A stretch of 64,000 nt of DNA from Eledone cirrhosa (lineage: Eukaryota), in assembly GCA_964016885.1 (NCBI GenBank), contig OZ024746.1, forward strand, positions 40,610,001 to 40,674,000, written 5' to 3'. Positions 23,757 through 37,100 of the stretch are shown here, one piece after another; the stretch's first letter is position 1, and each line of letters begins with the position of its first letter. The notes below the pieces were generated by a model. That model searched no databases, was not told the origin of the DNA, and was given only the letters and a program-made list of their open reading frames with translations. Position numbers and translations under genes: made by a program.

Positions 23757-23907
23757 CTTTCTAGAAAAATATATAATAAATTAGTAGTAATATATATGTG
23801 TGTGAATATAAAATAACAGCAACTGTCATAAAGTTATCGTCTCCGGAAGGTGAAATTGTTATTTGATAATCAAATGTCGCGCCAAAAATCCAATGAGTTT
23901 TGATTGG
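23757..23907 (-). promoter_or_regulatory. Probable non-coding first exon and cell-cycle-type promoter of CENPL
   Basis: The coding exon has an acceptor (ct at 22197-22198) 13 nt before the ATG, so an upstream exon is needed. A donor AAAG|GTAAAT lies at 23757|23756. Nearby are an ETS-like CCGGAAG (23843-23849), an E2F-like TTTTGGCGCGAC on the minus strand (23876-23887) and CCAAT boxes at 23890-23894 and 23903-23907. Confidence 0.5.
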
Positions 23908-24011
23908 TTAAAAATTGCTTGATCGTAGCAAGTATGAAGTTCATAGGAAATGTAAAAAAATCTTGAATGCAGAAAATAACTGTGAACACAGTTGGTTTCT
24001 CTAAATAATTC

Positions 24012-24432
24012 TTTCTACTTTAGGCACAAGGCTTGCAATTTGAGGAGAGGGGAAAGTCGATTAAATCGACTCCAGTGCATTACTGGCGTTTTATTTTATC
24101 GACCCCGTAAGGATGAAGCGCAAAGATAATTTCGGCGGGATTTGAACTCGAAACATAAAGGTCCATAACTCTATGCTTTAAAGCATATTGTCTGAACCTC
24201 TACAGGTACCGCCAATCCATCATCCTTGCTCTAAATAATAGCTTAGAAAATCAGGTATAATAATTGTTTCTACTTTTGGCACAAAGCCAGAAATTGCCCT
24301 AGTGCTTTATTTTATCGACCCCGTAAGGATGAAAGGCAAAGTTAACCTCGACTGGATGTGAACTCGGAACGTAAAGGGCCATAACTCTATACCGTGCTGT
24401 AAAGCATGGTGTCCAACACTCTACTGATACTG
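24012..24432 (-). mobile_element. Two Deu/Nin-like tRNA SINE copies
   Basis: Two tttatcgaccccgtaaggatgaa..ggatttgaactc units at about 24012-24225 and 24260-24432. Confidence 0.75.
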
Positions 24433-24475
24433 GAGTTCCAGTAACGCTCTAAGATGTAATGATAATATTGTTTAA

Positions 24476-24678
24476 CCCTTTAGCATTTACATTACTATTA
24501 TATTTTCATGGGAAAGGCTTTATCTCACATAATATGGAATCTATGAATTTTGATGATGTTATCATATATATTTGGGAACGATACCTTAATATCAGTATAA
24601 GTGACCTGTTATGGCCGGTTTGAACAGGAAGAGGTGAGAGAATTCTGGCTGGATATGGCCAGTTTAAAAGCTAAAGGG
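24476..24678 (+). mobile_element. TTAA piggyBac-type MITE copy
   Basis: TTAA|CCCTTTAGCATTTA...CTAAAGGG|TTAA. Confidence 0.85.
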
Positions 24679-24802
24679 TTAAATGTATATATATTAGTTT
24701 TGGGGAAACTAGACTGTTAACAAGGTACTTGTCGTTGTTGACGGATCGTTGATTATCTCTCAGGTTGCGAAGAATATAATTCTTTGTGGTGTATATATAT
24801 TA

Positions 24803-26140
24803 TCATCATTTTACATCTACTTTTCCATGCTTGCATGAGTTGAACTGGTCCTTTTCAGCACAGCATCTATCTGCTCATTGTGACCCTTTGTCATCTCTTC
24901 TGTGGGCTTCAACAATTTGAGATCAGCTCTAACTACTTCCATCCAGGTCTTCCTCTATTGCAATTTCTTTCCCCTGGGATTTCTTGGCACTTCTTCACTC
25001 AGTGATCATCATCCATGTGCATCCGTATATCCACAACAGTGCAGTCTTTTCTCCTGTACAGAACATCCAATTCCTCTTATACTCAGTTTCTCTTTCAGCT
25101 CATCCATGCTTTGTCATTCAAGTACATTAACATTGCACATTCCTCAAAGCGTACTCACTTAATTTCTCTCCAGCTTTCACATATCCTCTGCAGTCACTGC
25201 CTATTTTTCACATGGCATCAAACAGCCAACCTTTTGGTCATGGGGAGAAACCATTTGTTATTAACAGAAGTAGTAGCTCTCTAAACCTTTTCCATCCAGT
25301 TCCTATTCTGGCTACTGTGCACCTGGAGCACCACCACCATTGCTAATTAGGTCACCTAGATAGCAGAAACTATCAACCACTTCTATGGATTCAACCTGGG
25401 ATTAAAAAAGATGGATATCACTGACACTCATACTATCAATTCTTCCTGAACATCTATTAGTCTTTCTTTATTTTTTTACCAAGTTCACTCTCAGATCTTT
25501 TGATTCTAGTTTCTGTTTCCATAGTTGGAATTTGTTCTCTAGTTCTTCTGTGGATTTAGTTATAAGGACCAGATCATCAGCATACAGAAGTTTCCATGGA
25601 CAACCTATCTTAACCCTTTAGCATTTAAACCAGCCATATCCGGTCAGAATTCTCATACCACTTTCTGTTCGAACCAACCATAACTGGCCACTCATACTGA
25701 TTTTAAGGTATTGTTCTCAAAATAAATAATATCAAAATCTCATAGATTCGATATTATGTGAGGTAAAGCCTTTGCCATGAAAATACAATAGCATATATAG
25801 AATAATGTAAATGCTGAAGGGTTAAACTCTTACGTTATGGCTTGAAGGACTATCATAAATAAAAGTGGACTGAAAACCAAGCCCTGATGCACTCCTATTT
25901 GTACTTTGAATTCCTCATTAAACTCATTTCCTACCAGCTCCCCTGTACATGGCTTGCACTGCTCTCACAAGCCATTCTTCTATATCTAGTTTCCTTATGT
26001 ATCATCACATGACAGATTATGATACTCTGTCAAAGGCCTTCTCTAGATCAACAAAGGCTCTAAATATAGAGGCTTACTTAACTAGAAACTTCTTTTGTGG
26101 TTGTATCACTGAGAGGGCTTCGGTTGTACTCCTCCCTGAA
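24803..26140 (-). mobile_element. Old decayed RTE LINE with short tail
   Basis: Collinear traces of AFVDLEKAFDRV, GVHQG, CPW.LLYADD and FCYLG, with many stops and indels. Confidence 0.8.
25614..25821 (-). mobile_element. TTAA piggyBac-type MITE nested in the old RTE
   Basis: Removing the element and one TTAA restores RTE codons GAG TTT AAG ATA GGT TGT CCA TGG (EFKIGCPW). Confidence 0.88.
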
Positions 26141-26536
26141 AGAAATTTTCAGTTGTGTCAAGGGGATGACAACCTCTCTAGTGCTGGAGGCCATGATAAC
26201 ATGCACCCAGTACACTCTGTGGAGTGCAGGAATGTATGTAAGTGACATGTGGCCCTGACTAGTCTGAGAAGCGAGTAGCTCCAATTAAGTACTGACTAAA
26301 TCAGTGACGGCCAGTTAGATTCTTGCTAGAAGAGAAAATGGGTGTTAAATGATGATGATGATGATGATGATGAAATATACATATATGATGGTTATATATG
26401 TATATATGACTCGGTTTCAATCTCTGAATTCGCTGGATTATTTGAGCTGCTAATAAAATACTTTGTAGTTGTTAGTTGCAGCCAGTTATGTTTTGCTATA
26501 GAATTGAAAATGTTTTGTTTTTAATAGAATGTACAG

Positions 26537-26737
26537 AAATACCAAGGCTTGACCAACTGATTCCTTTTCATGATGGTCACTATTGAGACTTCAGGTGTCC
26601 TCAGTCCCCAAATTGCTGTTTACTTTTGCAAGTTAGGGAATACTGTAGCCTACCTGAGGAAGGAGCCCTGTGAGGTAGGGTGACTGTTGCAGTGAGTGTC
26701 ATTGGCTATTCTCTGTAGCAATACCCTTGTCATTTTG
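26537..26737 (+). mobile_element. CRE-like (restriction-like endonuclease) non-LTR retrotransposon C-terminal relic
   Basis: Translates KYQGLTN*FLFMMVTIETSGVLSPQ..FCKLG..EPCEVG*LLQ*VSLAILCSNTLVIL. This resembles the CRE-clade end KY..L...F.P.A.ET.G...LG...L.QR.S.AI.RGNA..IL, and the TGA stops fit CGA/TGG decay. Confidence 0.6.
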
Positions 26738-26743
26738 TGTCGG

Positions 26744-26909
26744 GTGCAGCTGAAGCCTGCTGCTTAGGCTGAGGTGTGCAGCTGAAGCCTGCTGCTCAGG
26801 CTGGGGTGTGCAGCCAAAGCATGCTGCTCAGGCTGGGGTGTGCAGCCAAAGCATGCTGCTCAGGCTGGGGTGTGCAGCTGAAGCATGCTGCTCAGGCTGG
26901 GGTGTGCAG
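26744..26909. repeat. GC-rich 32-bp minisatellite, about 5 copies
   Basis: Unit gtgcagctgaagcctgctgctcaggctggggt. Confidence 0.9.
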
Positions 26910-28165
26910 TCAGTCACTTAACCCCGCTCTTTCTTTTGTTGCTTGATTTCTTTTTTTCTTTTTCTTCCCTATTATTAGGAATAATATTTATGTAAATAGA
27001 AGTTTCATTTATTTACTTTAATGCACGCAAATAAACACAATTCAGCCAGAATTCTCTAACCTCTTTCTGTTCAAACTGGCCACTCACACTGATGTTAAGG
27101 TATTGTTCTCAAAATAAATATCAAAATCTCGTAGATTCGATATTATGTGAGGTAAAGCTTTTACTGTGAAAATACAATAGTATATATAGAGTAATGAAAA
27201 TGGTAAGGGGTTAAGAAAAAAGGGGTAAATGGGAGAAAACAGGCACGCCACAAGAAGGGACGCTGGAGTTTCCCTCTAATAATTTATGAGGCAACACAAT
27301 CGCAGCAGTACTCGTCAAGTACTGGTTTGGTCCGTATAATGCACTCTAAGATGTGGATGTAATTAAGGCGAAGATGGTGTGATAGGAGTAGGGGGGGGGG
27401 GGGGGATACATCCGTATACGAACGAAATAAACCACTGAAATACTGTGATTTATGAGGAAATTACATTTTTTCAGTCAGTGGTATTTGAGAGGTTCGAGGA
27501 GCTGGGCCGCTGACAACGAGAGTTTTTGTTATTGTTAACGACTCACTTTTCTGAAGTATCGGACAATGTTCGTGAAGGTGCTTGACTATTCCAGCGTCTT
27601 TGTCTCGCTATCATCCTCGTTATTGCCGTGAGTGTTTTGGCTTGCTTCTAAAAAAAAAATGTTGTGTTGTGTTATTCAATGTGCACGCCTACTACTTTTT
27701 TTTTTTCCTCTTCTCAGCTTTCTGATTTTTTTTTTTTTTTTTTAGATTTGTTTCTTTTACAAACCATAAACATTATATAATTAGATTAGAAGAAAACAGC
27801 TGTGCCGAAATTTTGGAGTCGTCGGAAACAAGGTTGAAAACGTGCAAGTACTATATTACTATACACACATATATATATAGGAATTTCGTAATCATATACT
27901 TATATATATAATATATATATATATATAATATATATATATATACTTACAAACACAGAGGTGTATACAAAGGTATAGAGCGAATATCAAAAGAAAACAACAC
28001 TCAAAACACAAGCGAACAATATATATACACATTACATACAAAGAACATTTGTTGAGACTGAGTGGGAGAAAAACAGAGAAGAATAGAGAGAGAAACAGAG
28101 AGGGCAGAGGAAGAAAGAGAGAAAAAACAACGAAAGAGAGGAAAAGGAAGAGTGATGGTTGAAAG

Positions 28166-31100
28166 ATGGCGGAGAGTTCGAGTAATGCTATCAAGGTGCT
28201 GGCTCCTAGCCGCATTAAAATCGTAAAATGGAAGGTGCGGAAAGGTAGTAAAATATCTCTAGGAGCTCTTCTAGGATTTTACAAATCAGTTAACACTAGC
28301 GAGAAGCCTCCAGACGAAGAAAAAACTTGTAATATAAAGGATGATGACACTGTTAGTCTGCAGAAATTGAAATCAAGCCATGTTGGCACAGTTTTAGAAG
28401 TCGTTGCTAAAGAGGGACAAGAGGTAGAAAAAGGGTGAGTGTTTGTTTCCTTCTGTTTTGATCGCTATCTTCATGTGCAAGTATGGCTGTATTTATTTTT
28501 AATGTTTATGTGTGTGTGGTAGCGATGTGGACGTGTATATATAGTAAAAAAAATGTGTTTAAACCGCTCAATGTGTTACAGAAAGCTTATTTTTAGATGT
28601 TAACGAGTTGTTTTTCGCTCAAGGAATCGTTATTGTGGAATTGTTATTATTATACCAGGATTCGACGTTCTGTAACATCAAAGCGAGGTCGATTAATAAC
28701 TAGTAATATTCTAAAATTGTCTTAATCAACTATTACCCATCCTTGATTTCATTTTACAGTAAGGCCTTATTTATTTTGGAGTGGGGTGGGGTGATATAAT
28801 ATGCACCAGTCAAGTTCTTAAGTCGTGTTAGTTAACTGTATCCAACCCCAGACTTGTTACCTTGTTTATTATTGAAGAAATATTATTATTATTACTGGTG
28901 CGGTAGTTTTTATTATTTCTATGTTAGTTAAAATAATTAGATAGGGTGGGCTCACGTCCTTTGCCAAACCTTACTGACTGAATACGGTATTTCTTGATAA
29001 ATTATATTTACAATCAGTTTAGGTGTTTTCGTTGATCTAAAAATATTCCGAACGTACTGATTTCTCATTTGCCACCTTTTCTAAAAATAGACGAGTTTTC
29101 ATGCTAATACGATATTCAAACCATTGTTCTTTAGGTAGATATGAAGATTTTATTTAGTTTTGGATAGGCAGGGAAAACGAAAACTCATGACATTAATCTT
29201 TCTACAGGGGCAAAATGCAACAATTACTTGGAATATTCATTGTGTAACGAGTGACATTACTTTAGAGAAATGTACATTTCATAATGACTATCAGGGCGGG
29301 AGAACCACGGATCCGTTCGAGTTTTAAAAATACCTTGTGAGATTACGACTGCAGTAACAATAAAATGTGAACACAACACCGGTTGTATTCTTTTCTCCTT
29401 ATGGTGTGTGTTAAGAAAAAGATGTCAATATTGTTTATATGTATATTTATGTGTGTTGACCGATATATACAGACATTAAAACTCTTGCATGTGTACATTA
29501 CATATACAGTCATATGTACTTAAACACCTTACAGTATTATCAGATATTACAATATTCGCTAAAATATAGAGTTGTTTTTTTTTTTATAATTCGGTATTTA
29601 CTTGTTAATAGTAAACCCCCCCCCCCCCCCCACAAGACAAAAGTCAAATTTATACAAAAGAAACAATAATAATAATTCTATATCAGGACCAAAAATGAAT
29701 TGTTTCGTTTGTGTTTCTTTTTCGTAGATTTTGGTGGTGTCTCTTCGAATTATATAAGAAATAAAATAAAATACTAGTTGTTGTTTAGCCCCAGGTTGCT
29801 GGTCACCAAATGGTAGTTACTTCAGGTTGACAAAAGTCAAAGTGAAGTGATAAACTCTGGGAATGAAGATTTGTTTTTCTTTGTCATTGCAGTTATGGTG
29901 TTTATTTTTAACACGGTCTTATACTTCGTGGAAAGAACTTTAAGAAATTTAATGCCTTTTCTTTCCATTTCACATTATCACTTTTAATTTTTTATACTTA
30001 TTGAAACAAACTGAAAGGAATTGACCTTCAAACAACTAACTGTAAAAGCGTCTAGTTTGTACTAAACTCATTACCCCATAATATTTTTGAACTGTTGCTC
30101 ATGGTGAAGCTGTATTTTGTGTTTGTTATCGGTGCCATAACATTCTTGGTTCCTCTGAATTTTTGCTGATCATCTATCTACCATTACTTTCGTTTTGCTC
30201 GTTTCTCCCGCCAACATTACTCATGTCATTAAATCAGTTGGTCTGTCTATCTACTCTTTCCGCATTCCATTTACTTCTGAACTAAAACCTGTTTCCTCTT
30301 TAACCATCGATCTTCAAAAGTTCAAACTTAGCATTAACTTTAATTTTATATATCGTGTTAGAAATGAGAAATAACTAGTTCATAACATAACAGCGATTAG
30401 TATTAGAAATGATACTCCTTCATGTGTCAACATGATAGTATAACATCACCGTGGTTAGTATTAGCAATTAAGTTCTCAAGTATGTTAACATTAAAGAATC
30501 ATCTGGTCCATATAATCACATCGTCTGTTGTTAGAAATCAAATTCTATACTGTATCAGCATTATAGATATAACAGGAACGCACAATCCTGATGGTTGGTA
30601 TAAGAAAACAAAGTCATAAATGAAAATCGCCTGCTAACTTGGTAAAAAACAGGTGTTTTCATAATGTCTCATTCTTTCACATCCACCTTGCTTTGATGGC
30701 ATGGGTTCGACGGGTTGTCATGGAATGAGCCAGCTCTTATTTGAAATTACTATCACACATAGATATGTCAAGGACCATACCTTACCTGTACGTTCCATTT
30801 TTTGGTATGTTTTTTATGGCTGGATACTTTTATTGTATATTTTATTGTGACACCAGTTATTGAGATGTCATGTCCTCAGCATGACCAAAGAGTCCCTCCT
30901 AGTTTGCATTATCTCCGTTTGTTTGTCAACCATTTTACAGAGTGTACTAGTTGCATTTTATAGTAGTGCCAGCTCTAGAGAGGTTGTCTTGTCCCTTGTA
31001 AGTCTAAAGAGTCATTTCCACAGTATGTTGCTTTCTGTTCATTCACTTGCACCAGAGAGTTTCCACATCCCCAGCAGATGAAAGAGTGAGTAATGACAAA

Positions 31101-34100
31101 TAACCAGAGTGGGGGGTGGTAGAGGAGAAAGTAATGAGAGAAAATCAGAATGATATGACTCAGAGTGATACGGAAGAGTAAAGGAGAAGAAAGTGGCAGA
31201 CAGCTACATGATGATCGTTGGTAAGGAGATTGAATCGAAACAGCGGAGGGAGACAAGGGATTATTAGAAGTGGGAGTGTGATGAGAGAAAGTGGAAGGGG
31301 AGTAGGTATGGTGGTTTGTAGTAAAGAATGGGTTCAATACAGGCAGATCCAATGTGATGTCATCACTGATTACACAGGATGTGATGTGAAAAAGATTAGG
31401 TGATAGAAAGGAGGCACATTGATAGATGAAAGAGTAACAAAGACGTTGGGTGACTGGCATATGGAAACCTAATTAGAACATAATTCTTAAAAGAGATCCA
31501 AATGTAGATATAAATCCCAATCATCATTTTTACATGTTTTCTTTTTTCGGGCTTGCATGGGTTGGGTGGGTCATCTCCGGCACAGCACTTGGCCACAGAT
31601 TGTGGCCCTTTGTCATTTCCTTCATGAGGTCCAGGCTTGCTACTTCATCCCTTGGTTTCCCTCTTCCACAGGTTCCATCTAATTGAAGTCCTCTGCAATT
31701 ATTTATACAACTGGCATCTTCCATATGTGCACATGCTTGTACCATTGTATTCTTCTCACTTCCACATTTCATTAGATTCAAATTATTATTTTTCCCCTTG
31801 TTAATTTGTGCTCAAGCTCACTCTATCTTTCCAATTTTTACACGTCTTCTCCACTACTCTTATGATTACAGCACCACTCTGTTTTTGCAATTTCTTATAT
31901 GGTTGCCACTCTCATAGATTAGCTTTCAATTGTTATAATCCGTTAAATGATGATGATCCAAATAATTTTTGTTTTCTTGTTTCATTTATATCATTAAAGT
32001 CTTTAATAAAGACAACAGCTTCACAATTTCCTGTTTCTTCCTCCATGAAAATCTGTCTTCAGGCTTTAAAATGTTAAAGTGTTAAATTAAATAAACTCGA
32101 AGTAATTAGTTTTGTCTCTTGAGGTTCAGTCACTAATCCCATTCGAAATAGGCCTCTTGTTCCTCCACGCACAGCCCAGCAAGCCTGCCGCTGTTTGAAG
32201 CATATTTGGGATGGCTTTTAGCTCCACCATCATAATCTACATGACTTCCTCTCAGATCACAAAGTGACTGCCTAACATTGGCATCTTCAACTAGAATTCA
32301 GGAGTAGGAAGCCCTGGCAAGTGTGTGAAATGCTTTTTTTTTGCCAAGAAACTTTGGATCAACTGCAATGGATGAGCTGAGGCATTGTCATGATGTAGCT
32401 GCCAGTTTTGCAAGGCCCACAGATCAGTCATTTTGAACCGAACTGCATCACAAAGATGACAAAGGACTTTCTGATAGCACCTATTTGTGACTTTTGTGTA
32501 TGGATACATGATGCACTCAGTAGTTGAAGAAAACAGCATTACCTTGATTTCGCTCTGCACCTGACAGGCTTTTTGAGTCTTGCTGATGTTGGATGTTTCC
32601 ACGGTGACAACTGAGTTTTGGTTTCTGGACCATACCCATACACCCACATCTCATTTCCAGTTAATAAGGAATTCAGTATCCTTATTGGCAGTATCGAGTG
32701 AAATGCAAATGTGATGAACAAGCAGTACAGCACTTCAGACGGTGGATACCTAACAGCGACTGACACATCTGGCAAGCTCACCAAAAACCACTCATGCACC
32801 TGAATGTATAGGACTCCACTTTTGACACCTCATCATCGTTTAACGTCCATTTTCCATGCTAGCATGGATTAGATTGGTCGTCCCATTTGAGGTGAGTTGG
32901 GTCAGGCGATCATGTCTTACTCATATAGGGCTATTTCTGGCTAGGTTTCTATGACTGGATGCCCTTCCTAACGCTAACCACATTTACAGATGTGCTGAGT
33001 GCTTTTTGTTATGACTCCTACACAACCACTTTACAGTGTAGGTTGGGTGTTTTTGGTTGTGACTCCTACACAACCACTACCATTACTTATCATGGGAGGA
33101 AAAAATAAAGTTGGATTATTTTTTCAACAGACTTTGTATGTTCTAATTTTTAATCTCACTGGTGTTTCATGCCATCATAGTTTATAAAATAAGTTTCAGT
33201 ATATATTTTCACTTTTGTAAATGAATGGAGCCACAGAGACTAGCACAGTATCATACACTGCTACAATATAGTTTACATGAATCATTGATTCTAAGGAGGG
33301 CGGGACAGAAAATAATTCACTTATCCACTGAGGAAAATAGCTAAATTGGTTTGTCATATTGTCCCTGAAGAATAATATAAAATACCTAAATTTGATCCTG
33401 TTATAATTGCTAGATATTGTTTGTTTATTTATATCTCTCTATCTATATATAAAATTCTTTGTCCTTCTGTCTGTCTGTCTTTTCCTTATGCAATTGCAAA
33501 CGGCTCAACCAATTCAAATCAAATTTTACGAGGTAAATAGTATTAGACCTCGAGAGTGTCAACAGATAATTTTTATTTTCAAATTTTATAACATCAAAGA
33601 AGAAAAACATCCCAGGTATGCTAACCAAGCTGACTTCTAACAGGCTGGGAATCAACCAAAGGGATTCTCTGCGTGTTCATTGTTAGTGATGATCGTGTTT
33701 CGCGGCCAGTGTCTCTGATTCAAACACACTCATTTATATACACACACACTCATTTATACAGACACACACTCATTTATATACAATTATCTATATCTACATA
33801 TAATACAAAATATTGGAACTTCCATCATCCTTTTGAGAAACGTGGACCTGTTACTTCTATGCAATGTCACACACTTTACAGCCAAGAGCAGGATGAATCA
33901 TCTCCTAGAGGTCGTTATTCTTGGAGGCATTCATCAAATCATAAATGCATTTATTCCCAAGATCCCTCAAATCCCGTCCTGTACCAAACTGCCTTTCAAA
34001 TTCTCAAGACTTCAGTTCCCTGTTAGAGCCAGTTTTGCTATGACTGTACATAAAGTTCAGGCTTAGAGTTTCAAAGTTGTAGAATTGAATGCAAGAGATT

Positions 34101-37100
34101 TTTGTCACACACAAACTCACACGCACATCAGTCTCGCCTCATACTGTAAACCAGACAAACATCCAATACAGTCATTTTCTCTTCTACCTTGTCTTCTGTT
34201 ATCATCTGTTTACCCAGGCGAAGCTGGGTACGGCAGCTAGTATTTATATATATATATATATTTTCCTCATTTCGTGGGTTGTCTCCCCTTCCCGCTTCGT
34301 GTCGCTACGATACTTCCTCAGTCAAAAACTGCTGGAATTTCAAATTTGGCGGTCATTCGAGGTGAGAGAGAGTAACTTTACGGACATGATTTTTGACAGC
34401 GGTAAGAAATTGTTTTCTTATATCAATGTTTAAAGGGCTTCCACTGATGATTTATAAGTGCCCACCTAAATATATTCTTACATGAATATATATTAGGCTT
34501 CTACATAAACTGGAAACATTCTCCCAAACTTGTAGAAAACTTATAATGAAACAATTGTTTGGAAAGAGAGATATACTTTAACTTTAATTATATCTCATAA
34601 AATAATACAACTGGTTTTTCCACATAATACATATTGTTAGCACCCCAAACACTTAAATTGGGTTTATAGTTTAATATAACCTAATGTTTGTTGAGTGAGA
34701 TGGTTACCAGTCAGAGTTTAGCTTTAAACTATCTCTGTTATTGTATTAATTATATATATATATATATATATATCATCATCATCATCAGGTTTAGCGTCCG
34801 TGTTCCACGCTTGCATGGGTTTGGACGGGGTTTTCCCACTTGAGGCAAGAGTGGTTGTCTTGCTCGCATAGGACTGTCTGGCGGGTTTTCTACAGCTGGA
34901 TGCCCTTCCTAACACCAACCACATTTACAGTGTGGGGCTGGGAGGTTTTTACTGTGTTGCCTACATGGCCACATTACAGCGTGGACTGTCTGGCGGGTTT
35001 TCTACAGCTGGATGCCCTTCCTAACACCAACCACATTTACAGTGTGGGGCTGGGAGGTTTTTACCGTGTTGCCTACACGGCCACATTTAAGCATGGACTG
35101 TGTGTTTTTTTGTCGTGACACTTACACGATCTCATTTGTTTCGGCCTGGATGTTGTGGGACCAACATAACTTTACATTGAAAGGGGCGGTGTGGATGGGG
35201 TGGAGGTGGTGGGACGGGGGTGTGTTTTGATAGAGATACCTACTGACTGTAGTAGGTTTTTACTTTGTATTTAGGTAAGGCGGGTCTTCTCTATTACTGA
35301 GTACCTCCAAAGGTCTCGGTCCAGTGACATTGTCTTGGAGAGGTGTAAGCGTGTGAGGTCGGAATTTATCATGTCGTCCCAGGTTTTTCTGGGTCTGCCT
35401 ACTCCGTGGCTACCGTCTATCTTTATTGCCCTGCACTTTGTTATACAGCTGTCGTCTTTCATGCGCATCACGTGACCATGCCAACGTAGCCTTCTCTCGA
35501 GTAAACAACATCTGATCCCTCTTATTTCTAATTTCTTCCTTAGTTCGCATATATATATATAGATATACATGCTTACTTCTCAGAAGCATAGCTTAGTAGT
35601 TAGGGTGTTTGGTTCATGATTGTAAGGTCATGGTTCGATTCTTGGACTGGGTGGCACATTGTGTCCTTAAGCAAGATGCTTTATTTCACGTTGCTTCAGT
35701 CCACTCAGCTGGTAAAAATAAGTTGTGCTTGTAATTCAAAGAGCCATCCTTGTCATACAATGTGTCATGCTGAGGGTGCACATGTCTGTGGAATGTTCAA
35801 CCACTTACACTTTAATTTCACATGCAGGTTGTTCTATTGATTAAATCAACTGGGGCAGTTGTCATCAGAAATGACAGTTTTTCCAACAACAATATATATA
35901 CTTACATACACACGTAATGACTGAAAGAATATGATAAATTAGAAACATGCATACATACGTATGAGAGTTCATAAGTTGCATAGATAAGTTAGTTTATAAA
36001 TTCTGGAACTACTCATGTAGTTTTTGTTTTATCATTTTATCTTTTTTATGCATAAATTTTTATTTTTAGCATATAAGTTATCATTAAGAATGTTCATCCT
36101 GTTAACTTCATCTTTTCTGGAAATATGAGACTAACAGTTCAAATATGTTTATGTGTTATCTTTAACAATATATCATCTTCTGCTTTATTGTACTTAATAC
36201 CATCCTTCTCTAGTTTAAAGAAGGAACAGTTCAGATTTTCATGATGTATACCAGAGGTTCTCAAAGTGGGCAGTATTGCCCCCAGGAGTCATTGAGAAGG
36301 TCCAGGGGCTGCTGGAGCCTAAGTTGGGTGGTAGAAATGATATAATAGTATAATAAATATCAAATTATATATATTATATATAAATGTAGTAAAATAAAAA
36401 AATATGTAATATTTATTTATACATAGTATATATTATATTATTTACAATTTGCGTGTAGGCAGGTCTCTCTGGAAATAGGGGCTGGGGGTGCTGAGGGTAT
36501 TACATGGCCGTGAGGAGGGTGATGGCCTAAAAAGTTTGAGAATCTCTGATGTATACTGACCCATCAATGTATATGGTTTCTTTAGATTTACTGTTTATTA
36601 ACAAGACTTGAGCACTAAAGTATATATAGTTTGGCAACACCTTTTTTTAAAATTACACCGAGAAGTCGGGTCTTCTGTATTACTACGTGACGCCAGAGGT
36701 CACGGTCATGTGTCATCGCCTTTGAGAGGTGCAATTGGGTAAGGTTGGCTTTTATCACCTCATCCCAAATATATGCCATTTAATTATTTTGCCATCCTCA
36801 TGGTGGTGGATTGGCAGAACATGAGATAAAATGCTTTATGATATTTAGTTACAATTCTGAGTTCAAATACTGTCAAAGTCAACTTTGCCTTTCGTCCTTC
36901 TGAGGTCAATAAAACATAATATCAGTCAAGTACTGGGGTTGATTTAACCAACTTTACTCCCTAAATGTGTCTATGTAAGAAACCAAAGCTTAGAAACCAG
37001 TAGTTTATTTAGCTTGTGCCTAAATCCAGCACTGCTTGAATTATTGACCAATAAATTAGAACAATATGTATGTGTACAAAGATCTACAACTCTTTAGGTT

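Noticed and set aside
27892-28215. Hydrophobic 107-aa minus-strand ORF
   Set aside because: It is the antisense of the purine-rich CTDP1 5' UTR and is low complexity.
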